DNA of 64,000 nt, from positions 1 to 64,000 of the IMG/VR virus record IMGVR_UViG_3300026097_000008; one strand, given 5' to 3'. The notes beneath the pieces are model-generated. The model made no database searches, was not told the origin of the DNA, and worked only from the letters and a program-made list of their open reading frames with translations. The DNA is from a virus. Positions 37,154 to 45,275 of this stretch are shown here, piece by piece. The stretch's first letter is position 1, and each line of letters starts with the position of its first letter. Both the position numbers and the translations under genes were made by a program.

Positions 37154-37741
37154 TTACAACTTCCGTTTTATGAAAAATAATCCACTTTCGTTTATGTGTT
37201 TTCCATTTTCATTATTAAATTTAGTGCCGGTAGACAATTTTCTAATAGTTAATGAATCTTCTTCGCTCCATTCAAAACCTCTGCTATCCATGTGTTCTAT
37301 CCAATAGTCCTGCCACTGGCAGTTTACATGATGATGACCACGTTGCCCTGGAGTTCCGTGAGTCATAAAAATATATCTTCCGCAACATAAAGTATCTAAT
37401 AAATTACTAATAAACTTTTCTTCTACATGCTCAACTACTTCAACACAATTTACCATATCAACTGGTGCTATATAACTTTGCTCTGTCAAGTCGACCTTAA
37501 CTGTAGGAAATATAGCATTGTCTACATTCTTTTGCAAACCTTCTATCGCGATAGATTCTAAACCTTGTTCTGAAAACCATTTAGGTGCATGCCCGTATCC
37601 GCTGCCTACATCCATTACCGACTTAATTTTATACTTTTCTATAACATAATTCCAACTCTCTGGGCAAAAAGTGTGTCTATTTAACTCAACATTGTTTCCA
37701 CCTAAGTGTGGGTGTGCATCGTCTAATACAACTTTTGTCAT
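37154..37741 (-). CDS. Class I SAM methyltransferase
   Basis: MDVGSGYG, EVVEHV, GHHHVN. Confidence 0.85.
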   Translation of the reverse strand: MTKVVLDDAHPHLGGNNVELNRHTFCPESWNYVIEKYKIKSVMDVGSGYGHAPKWFSEQGLESIAIEGLQKNVDNAIFPTVKVDLTEQSYIAPVDMVNCVEVVEHVEEKFISNLLDTLCCGRYIFMTHGTPGQRGHHHVNCQWQDYWIEHMDSRGFEWSEEDSLTIRKLSTGTKFNNENGKHINESGLFFIKRKL

Positions 37742-37762
37742 AAACTCTCCTTAAACAATTAC

Positions 37763-38371
37763 TTATTCGTTAATGTAATACTCAAAATTATTTCTTTCTT
37801 TAAGAATTTTTTCAGTGAAAAATAGCTCTTCTTTACCCCAATCATGTCCTTTTTGACGTTCATCTTTTTTTCTCTTCCTTGTATAGTTGTAAAAGGTATG
37901 AGTTTTTTTCCAATCAAAACCATATATATTTACTTGCCTCGGTTTTGCAAAGGTTAAAAAGTACAAAAAAACAAGTCCTATAGAGGGACGCAAATCATTA
38001 GAAAAATTTCCATAATCTTGTATTTTTTGTAAAATAAAGCTAGGCATGATATATATTGGATTAGGTAGAGATTTAGAAAAATCTCTTGGATTTTGATATA
38101 CTTGCATCCAATTTGCATTTGTATCTAAACTAAATAGGTCGACCGACTTTGCCCAATTTTCATTATTATAAACTATCCAGTCAGTTTTAGATCCGTGTGT
38201 TTTATAACTATCATGATTTATTCCTAGATTAAATCTGCAAACAATATCATTATTATCTATATGCCTACCAAATTTTCTCTGATATAAAGATCGTGCATTA
38301 CCTACAACAGCTATCGATTTGTTTTCAAACAACTTGTATAGGTCTTGGTGTACAATATCTAATAGAGGCAT
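37763..38371 (-). CDS. GT29 (sialyltransferase-like) glycosyltransferase
   Basis: Sialyl-L-like AVVGN...ID..DIVCRFN...GSKT; S-like PSIG...V.IYGFD. Confidence 0.8.
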   Translation of the reverse strand: MPLLDIVHQDLYKLFENKSIAVVGNARSLYQRKFGRHIDNNDIVCRFNLGINHDSYKTHGSKTDWIVYNNENWAKSVDLFSLDTNANWMQVYQNPRDFSKSLPNPIYIMPSFILQKIQDYGNFSNDLRPSIGLVFLYFLTFAKPRQVNIYGFDWKKTHTFYNYTRKRKKDERQKGHDWGKEELFFTEKILKERNNFEYYINE

Positions 38372-38826
38372 TACAAACTAGCGTCTTCCATTCCCGCTAC
38401 ACGTAGCTTGACTACATTTGTTATCTGCCATTGCTTTTGATCAAGTGCTTTGAGTACACCCAACCACTTATTGCGCATAAGAGCAAATTCGTTAATAATT
38501 TTTTCGTAGTCAACAACGTCTGCCTCACCGTCTACGTATTTTTCAACGTCACGGCTTGACAGAGCTCGTTGATAGTTTTCAAGATATTTCTTAAAGTACG
38601 AGCTACGCAATCTACGTAGCTCGATGTTTAAGTAGTTTAAGATTGCTTCAATTTCTTGAAGCTGATTGAAACGATGTTCAACAATGCCTGGCATAGCAGC
38701 CGCAGCCTTTTCAACATTACCCACAAGTTTACACTCGTTTTTTGCTTCGCTAAGTTGTGTTTCAAAATATGCAACAGCATCAGGTATCTTACTAATGTCA
38801 CGACTAACTTCGCTATACCAGCCCAT
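38371..38826 (-). CDS. uvsY: Recombination mediator UvsY-like
   Basis: Helical ~150 aa, EKYVDGE, WQITN; next to uvsX. Confidence 0.7.
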   Translation of the reverse strand: MGWYSEVSRDISKIPDAVAYFETQLSEAKNECKLVGNVEKAAAAMPGIVEHRFNQLQEIEAILNYLNIELRRLRSSYFKKYLENYQRALSSRDVEKYVDGEADVVDYEKIINEFALMRNKWLGVLKALDQKQWQITNVVKLRVAGMEDASL

Positions 38827-39059
38827 TATTCATCCCATTTGTCTTCTTCTTCAAATACTTCGTCTTCGTCTAGATCTAAATAGTAATTAATTGCATGATC
38901 CAATGTAGCATCTGTACCTAACAAATCAGTAAATGCTTCATCACTTACACCATAATCAGCCATTAAATCTACAAAACGTTCAGCAGCCATCTCGACATGT
39001 TTTTTGTCAAGATATTCTTTAAACATCATCCAAACATCAGCAATTTGTTCTTCATTCAT
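38826..39059 (-). CDS. Small acidic hypothetical protein
   Basis: Coupled ORF. Confidence 0.75.
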   Translation of the reverse strand: MNEEQIADVWMMFKEYLDKKHVEMAAERFVDLMADYGVSDEAFTDLLGTDATLDHAINYYLDLDEDEVFEEEDKWDE

Positions 39060-40143
39060 TAGTAGTAGTTTCCTCGATCAGTTCGTCAGTTGCTTCTTCG
39101 TCAACTTCTGAGGTATTTACCTCTTGAGTCTCTTTAATTAAGTAATCTGACATAACCTTATCGAGTAGCGGGCCTACCCATTTTTTACGATATTCAAGAA
39201 TTTCTTCACCTTCAAGTGTAGTATACTTCAAGCGATTACCACTCTTTTCAATAACGCCTTTTGCTTCAAATAGTTCAAGCAAGCCGCTATATGGATTCAT
39301 ACCTGTTTCGTATGGAATCTTAACCTGTACACCTTCAAACGGTTTAGCATAACGAGTCTTCATAACCTTACAGCCTGCACGAATACCGCGCACTTCTGAA
39401 ATCTTATTGCCGTCCTCGTCTTCTTTTAGTTTTAACTTCTTCATTGCAACAACAATACTACTTGCATATATAAAGCCTTGACCACCTGAGATCTTATCAT
39501 CTGGGTCAAACATGTCCTGACTTGCATATGTATGGTTAGTACACACCAGACCTACATTATAAGAACCAATCATGTTAACTGTATTACGCACAAGTGATGT
39601 TAGTGCTTTAGGCTTACGGCCCATGTCACCTTTCATATCACCTTTGTTAAACTGATCAACATCAGTAGGTGTTAGCAACATACCTAATGAGTCAATAACA
39701 AATAATACCTTAGGACGATCTTCTTCGTTCATTGCTTTGTAGTCTGCCATAAACGTACTAACAGTCTTAGCAACGTCGTCAATCATTGACATGTTTAGTT
39801 TAAGTAGTTTTTCTTCTGAAGTGTCTACGTCAAGTGCTTTTAGCCATGCTTCGTCAAGTGCGTTTTCTGAATCGATAAGCACAACAAAGATGCCTTGATC
39901 TTGTGCATATTTTACAATATTACCTGCACAGATATATGATTTACCTGCACCTGACTCGCCTGCAAACACTGTGACTTTACCTAGAGGAACACCTTTATTC
40001 CAGTCGCCTGAAATAAGATAGTTGAGTGCAAAATTGCCTGTTGAAATCCAATCTGTTGGATCGTTAAAACCACTACTCATACCTGTAATGGATTTTGTTA
40101 GTGAAGTCCGAAACTTTGTCGGATCAAATGCCTTATTCGCCAT
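39052..40143 (-). CDS. uvsX: RecA-like recombinase
   Basis: GESGAGKS, IDSE, VIDSLG, SGG; start ATG 40143 after AGGAG. Confidence 0.93.
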   Translation of the reverse strand: MANKAFDPTKFRTSLTKSITGMSSGFNDPTDWISTGNFALNYLISGDWNKGVPLGKVTVFAGESGAGKSYICAGNIVKYAQDQGIFVVLIDSENALDEAWLKALDVDTSEEKLLKLNMSMIDDVAKTVSTFMADYKAMNEEDRPKVLFVIDSLGMLLTPTDVDQFNKGDMKGDMGRKPKALTSLVRNTVNMIGSYNVGLVCTNHTYASQDMFDPDDKISGGQGFIYASSIVVAMKKLKLKEDEDGNKISEVRGIRAGCKVMKTRYAKPFEGVQVKIPYETGMNPYSGLLELFEAKGVIEKSGNRLKYTTLEGEEILEYRKKWVGPLLDKVMSDYLIKETQEVNTSEVDEEATDELIEETTTNE

Positions 40144-40215
40144 AATGTCTCCTAATCTAAAAAGCGTAAAGAACCCCCAAGCAGTTCTTTCCAGCAACTG
40201 ATGGGGGCCGTGTTA

Positions 40216-41226
40216 TTACTGTCCTTGACGTGCGCGGATCATTGCAAGAATGTCCTGTGCGCCGCCGCCTTCTGCAGGAGCCGCTTCAGCCTCTGGTGCT
40301 GGAGTTGGCTCAGGTGCTGCCTCTGCTACTGGAGCAGGTGCTGCCTCTGGCATTGGTGCTGGAGTTGGTGTCGGAGCACTTTGGCTAGTAGCAGTTGCCT
40401 GTGGGCTTGCTGCCACTTGCGGGTCACCTGTACGCTGTGCCATACCTGCTGGGCGGAAGTATTGTCCCCAACGATCTGCATCATATGCTTCACCGTCTAC
40501 CGACGCTTCAAACATTTCTTGCATTACTTTAAGTTCAACATCAGTTGGCTTTTTAGGTAGGAAGTCGTTTAGATCAAACAACCCGTGTGTGTTAACTGCA
40601 TTCATTTCTGCATCACCTAGTGGACGCTCGCGACGTGCCCAGTTAGATGTTGAATAGTCTGCATAGCCGCCTTTAGATGTTTTGTTAAGACGGAAGTCCA
40701 CACCTGCTGTGTAATCTGTTGGCAATTCTTCCATGTCTGGATCCATAAGCGCCTGCTTAATGATCTGGAAGATTTGAGGTCCAATAATGAATCGACGAAT
40801 CGGATTCTCGGGAGCCTCATCATCTGCGATTGGATTGTCTGTGACAAAACCTTGGAAAATATAAGAGCGTTTTTTCCAGTATTTACGCCCCATATCTTCT
40901 AGTGAAGGATCTTTAAACCATCCACGTACTTCGTTGAGAATATTACAAGTCTCGCCATACATTTCCATACATGGAATTTGTACTTGTACTGGACGTGAAT
41001 CTGTTTCACCTTTTACGCCAGCAAACGGAAGTTTGATAACCAAACGCTCTTTCCAAAAGAAAGTGTTGTCTGCATTACCGTCAGGAAGGAAACGTAGAGT
41101 TGCACTCTCGCCTTCTTTCATATTCCAAAATGGATAAATTGGGTTTGGACCGCTTGGTCCTTTGTTGCCGCCAGCGTTTGCTTCTTGCGCTTTAAGTTTA
41201 GCTCGAATTTCTGCTAATGATGCCAT
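40216..41226 (-). CDS. Single-stranded DNA-binding protein, T4 gp32-like
   Basis: LRFLP, YWKKRSY, GYADYSTS; start ATG 41226. The upstream TTGACA-N17-TAGTAT promoter contains GATAAATA. Confidence 0.85.
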   Translation of the reverse strand: MASLAEIRAKLKAQEANAGGNKGPSGPNPIYPFWNMKEGESATLRFLPDGNADNTFFWKERLVIKLPFAGVKGETDSRPVQVQIPCMEMYGETCNILNEVRGWFKDPSLEDMGRKYWKKRSYIFQGFVTDNPIADDEAPENPIRRFIIGPQIFQIIKQALMDPDMEELPTDYTAGVDFRLNKTSKGGYADYSTSNWARRERPLGDAEMNAVNTHGLFDLNDFLPKKPTDVELKVMQEMFEASVDGEAYDADRWGQYFRPAGMAQRTGDPQVAASPQATATSQSAPTPTPAPMPEAAPAPVAEAAPEPTPAPEAEAAPAEGGGAQDILAMIRARQGQ

Positions 41227-41357
41227 AGTGCCTTTTCTCCTATAATGTTTGCCTATATGCGTTGTGCCTTTAATTGTATAGCACATGTTATATACTACAC
41301 AACTTTATTTATCTTGTCAACCTATAATTGCCAAGATTTTCAAGAATTTAGCCGAAC

Positions 41358-43625
41358 TTATAATCCGGCTAATCTTCTTAAATCTTCTGATTCTTTTTTG
41401 TACTTGTCTTTAATGGCGCCTAGTTCTTCTTCGCTCGCACCGTCTCTTCCGGCTTGTGCAAGAGCAGCCATGCCATCTTTACCGTATTTCTTTTTGCCTG
41501 TGTAGTACTGTAGTCCTGATTCTTCAACTTCGTCATCTTGTGATTCACCCATACCTGAATCTTTTCTAGCTTGTGCAAGCATTGGCTTTAGTTTAGCCAA
41601 CTCTGCTTTTACTTGAGGTACTTTAGGATGATTAGGATTATTTCTAATCAGTTCTTCAAAGTCTTTAATTGACTTTGCAATAAATTCGTACGAACCTTTG
41701 ACTCCAGTTGTTATTAAGTTATCAAGGTCATTTTGCTCATACTTTTCGCCTTGCGCTTTAAGTTTAGCTTGAATTTCTGCTTGATCTTCATCTGTTAAGC
41801 CCATTTTGTCATATATAGCAGGACCATATTTTTGTTGTGCCATTCTCAACAGGTTTACCACTCCGTATTTTGCTGTTGCGACATCACCAAAAAACTGAGC
41901 TACTTTTGATCCCCATTCGGTATTTGCAATTGCCATTGAAATAGGGCCACCCGCACCTAACTCTGAGATGGGTTCTTCTTGTAGTTCAGGATCTCTATAT
42001 CCGTTGAATTCTTCAAACTTTGCATTTACAGCTTCAATAAATGACTTAGCAGGATTAATGTACTCTTCGCCGTAATCTTTTTCTACTGCTGTTAGTACTG
42101 CTGTTTCGCCTTTTGGAAACTGTCCTGTTTCACGATCATACATTGACAAAATAAACTCAGTAACTGGAATCTTTTTGCCATCTATTTCTATTTCGTCTTC
42201 GTCGTTGTCACGTGCTTTGTTTAATGCTTTTGAAAATTTATTTCCTTCATCTGTTTTATCACCACAGATGCATGGACTTTCGCCGCAATCTTCACACATG
42301 GATTCCGCAAATTGTCCCATAGTTTCTTCGAATGCACTCTCAAGTTCACTTTCATACTTTTGGAAGCCGCCTGGCGGCAGCCCTCTAGTAGATCCACTTG
42401 GTCCTGATCCCATGAAGTATGGCATTTTAATAATCATACCTGGCTGAATCATTGACGGATCTTCAATGTCTGGGTTTTCATCCATAATAGCTTGTATTGC
42501 CGTATCTCTATCATGATTTTGGAAGTTATCATATTTAAACTTCATATAGATGCTGTACAATGTATCACCTGGTTGTACTTTATATGTTTCTGCAGGTAAT
42601 CCAACTTCGAGATCATCAACAGGAGCTTCGCCTAGTAGATCGCTTGCACCAACAATTTTAGCCTTTGTTGTTTCGCTCACTAGTCTATAAACAAATGGGA
42701 ATACATCTTTAAGTTCTTCATTAAACTGTTTTATAGTAAGTTGATCAATCCAATTTTCGGCGACATCCTCTGGCACATCTTCAAACACCGGCTGTTCAAA
42801 ATTTTCAAATGCTGTGCGATATGTTGATTCTTTCTGTAGGGATGATATTGTTTTTTTGATGTTGTTTAGTCTTTCATTGACAGGAAGCATGTAGCCACTT
42901 AACCCTTCTGCCATTACACTTGAACGATTTACGTACGATTTAAACTTTTTAAGGCTGTTTAGCTCCTCTGAAAGTCCTGTAATATGATTACCAAAATCAT
43001 CAAATGGTTTACCGCCTTCTGCCACATGACGTGCCATTGCTCTTGCACCGTTGAGATGTTTAAAAGGATATTTAAATCTTTCTCCTTCAGGTGATTCGAT
43101 AAAGATAGAACTTATATTTTGAATTCTTCCTGTTGCTGATTCAGTGTTTACTGGTTTACTATGCTTGATTGCTATCCTTGCTTCTCCGACATTTTGATAG
43201 CTGGTCTTGCTAGTACCATACATCTTTGATTCGTTCATTGTATCATCTCCGGTGCGATTTGTGGCTAAAAATTTGTAATCTCTTTGATCTAGATTTGATT
43301 TATTAATATTTCTTGTGTCAAATTTCAGCATACGTTTTTTGCTAAATTGACGTAATTCTTTTAAAAAGTCATACCAGTTTTCTCTAGTAATTATATCTTC
43401 GTTAGCAACAAAATCATTAGAATACATTACTTCTACTGTTTCATTTGATAAACTTATACTAACTTTGCCAAGTTTACGATCGCCCTCTGTGTAATCAAAA
43501 TCGTAAAATCTTGATTCATTGGGTTTGTTTGTCACTTTACCTTCGCCGTCACCGATAGTGATACTAGGAAAGCGACCTCGTATTTTATTAAAAAGTTCTT
43601 CTGCTATTAAATCTAAATTCTTCAT
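41358..43625 (-). CDS. Large late protein with inserted LysM domain
   Basis: YKVQPGDTLYSI...NPDIEDPSMIQPGMIIKMP; C-terminal LRRLAGL. Confidence 0.8.
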   Translation of the reverse strand: MKNLDLIAEELFNKIRGRFPSITIGDGEGKVTNKPNESRFYDFDYTEGDRKLGKVSISLSNETVEVMYSNDFVANEDIITRENWYDFLKELRQFSKKRMLKFDTRNINKSNLDQRDYKFLATNRTGDDTMNESKMYGTSKTSYQNVGEARIAIKHSKPVNTESATGRIQNISSIFIESPEGERFKYPFKHLNGARAMARHVAEGGKPFDDFGNHITGLSEELNSLKKFKSYVNRSSVMAEGLSGYMLPVNERLNNIKKTISSLQKESTYRTAFENFEQPVFEDVPEDVAENWIDQLTIKQFNEELKDVFPFVYRLVSETTKAKIVGASDLLGEAPVDDLEVGLPAETYKVQPGDTLYSIYMKFKYDNFQNHDRDTAIQAIMDENPDIEDPSMIQPGMIIKMPYFMGSGPSGSTRGLPPGGFQKYESELESAFEETMGQFAESMCEDCGESPCICGDKTDEGNKFSKALNKARDNDEDEIEIDGKKIPVTEFILSMYDRETGQFPKGETAVLTAVEKDYGEEYINPAKSFIEAVNAKFEEFNGYRDPELQEEPISELGAGGPISMAIANTEWGSKVAQFFGDVATAKYGVVNLLRMAQQKYGPAIYDKMGLTDEDQAEIQAKLKAQGEKYEQNDLDNLITTGVKGSYEFIAKSIKDFEELIRNNPNHPKVPQVKAELAKLKPMLAQARKDSGMGESQDDEVEESGLQYYTGKKKYGKDGMAALAQAGRDGASEEELGAIKDKYKKESEDLRRLAGL

Positions 43626-43638
43626 TGCTTTGTATTTA

Positions 43639-45219
43639 TCAATAGTTGGTGCTTATGAAGATCGGCATAGGTGTTTCGTAATCTTCTAAGTCTTCTGCTT
43701 GTGTGAAGGTATTGTAAACTCTTGGATCCCAATCTTTGAGTACATCCATCATTCTTAAGGTTAGCAATGTGGCACTAACCAAATCATCAGTCATGCCAGG
43801 CTTTGCTTGATAACTTGATGCTGTAGCTATAAATCCTTTTAATTCTGAAAGCAATGGTTTAGATTTTACTATCATTTTATCATTTTCTACCATTGTTTTC
43901 AATCGACTACATGCTGTAATCTTGGTGCTATGTGTAGTATTAAAACCTTTACGGAACTTGCGCACATGTCCTTTGCGAATTGGTTCAGACACAAAAAGGC
44001 CTGGTATATTCTCTTCCCCGAAATCGTTTATAACGATTAGTGCTGCTTCTCCGATACCATTGTTTTCTACACTCCAATATATACCGTTAGGATTTTTTGT
44101 TTCTTCCACAAGATATTTACATATATCGGATAGTACCCTAATCTGTCCTGGTATAGCTGTTGTATTGTGTTGCCACTCTGCTACTTGTTCATAAGTAGGC
44201 AATTCAAATACCTGTATAGCCGCATAGTCGCCGCCTGTACCCATACTAGGGTCAAGTGCTACACAATATGTAAACTGGCTTGTAGGTTTTTTATACCAAC
44301 GAGTTTGACCCATATTGAGAATAGGCGATACTCCTTCCATGGATGAAAGTTTAATTGAGTTAATTAGTGTTTCGTCAAATACTAAAAACTCGCAACCGTA
44401 TTCACGACGAAATTTTTCTTCGCCGATACGTCCGATTTCTTCGTCTCTCCATTTTTCGTCTCTGTCAGGATGTTCATCCCAGCTTGCAACAAAACTATGA
44501 AACCCGTTAACGCCGAGCTCTTGTTCATTACCGTGCTCGTCGAACTTTTGCTCGGCCTGCTTCCATATTTGTGCAAATGTATCTTCATCACTGTTAGGTG
44601 TGCTCGTAATAATAGCACGGCCACCTGTTGCTAGTGTAGGTGATATCGAAGTCCAAAATTCTTCAGCAATGTTAGGTTGCACGAATGCAAACTCGTCACA
44701 GTATAGTAGCGAGATTGACATACCACGTCCCGTGTTGCCTGTTGTTGTTTGTGCTACAATACGTGAACCATTTTCAAATTCAATTGACTGTTTATTATAA
44801 CTTGTGACGCCTGCTCTAATATGATCTGGACAAGTTTCGTACACAAAGCGTATGCGTGACATAATCTCCTGCGCACCTGTGTATTTGTGTGCAGCAACCA
44901 GGATAGTTTGATCCGGATTATACATTGCATACCAAGCAAGATAGATACTAGCACAGGTTGTTTTGCCTGTTTGTCTAGGCATCATGTTGATATTAAAACG
45001 ATAGTTGTGATAGCTGTGCATCAAACGTAATTGATACTCATATGGATCGAACAGCAACTTGCCTTTTACAGGGTGTTGAATAAAAGCAAAGTGACGTGCA
45101 AAATGTAAGTAGCCTTCATCAGGATCCATGCATTTAACAATGTCGTCAATCTGCGCTTCAGTAAATGTTTCTTTTTTATTGGCCTTCTTAATTAAGACGC
45201 CGTCTAATGATGCTGCCAT
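43639..45219 (-). CDS. Terminase large subunit (gp17-like)
   Basis: YEYQ, PRQTGKTT, LLYCDEFAF, ITSTPN, LDPSMG, DDLV. Confidence 0.96.
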   Translation of the reverse strand: MAASLDGVLIKKANKKETFTEAQIDDIVKCMDPDEGYLHFARHFAFIQHPVKGKLLFDPYEYQLRLMHSYHNYRFNINMMPRQTGKTTCASIYLAWYAMYNPDQTILVAAHKYTGAQEIMSRIRFVYETCPDHIRAGVTSYNKQSIEFENGSRIVAQTTTGNTGRGMSISLLYCDEFAFVQPNIAEEFWTSISPTLATGGRAIITSTPNSDEDTFAQIWKQAEQKFDEHGNEQELGVNGFHSFVASWDEHPDRDEKWRDEEIGRIGEEKFRREYGCEFLVFDETLINSIKLSSMEGVSPILNMGQTRWYKKPTSQFTYCVALDPSMGTGGDYAAIQVFELPTYEQVAEWQHNTTAIPGQIRVLSDICKYLVEETKNPNGIYWSVENNGIGEAALIVINDFGEENIPGLFVSEPIRKGHVRKFRKGFNTTHSTKITACSRLKTMVENDKMIVKSKPLLSELKGFIATASSYQAKPGMTDDLVSATLLTLRMMDVLKDWDPRVYNTFTQAEDLEDYETPMPIFISTNY

Positions 45220-45233
45220 ACTATTATTTAACC

Positions 45234-45260
45234 AAAAAAATAGGGCCCGCAGGCCCTATT
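45234..45260 (-). terminator. Intrinsic terminator
   Basis: AATAGGGCC-tgc-GGGCCCTATT followed by a T-run on the - strand. Confidence 0.8.
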
Positions 45261-45275
45261 GAATTATTTGAAAAA

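Noticed and set aside
12744-45219. Introns or inteins in dnaE, helicase, uvsX or terminase
   Set aside because: The proteins are normal or short in length, with no C...HN intein ends or interrupted motifs.
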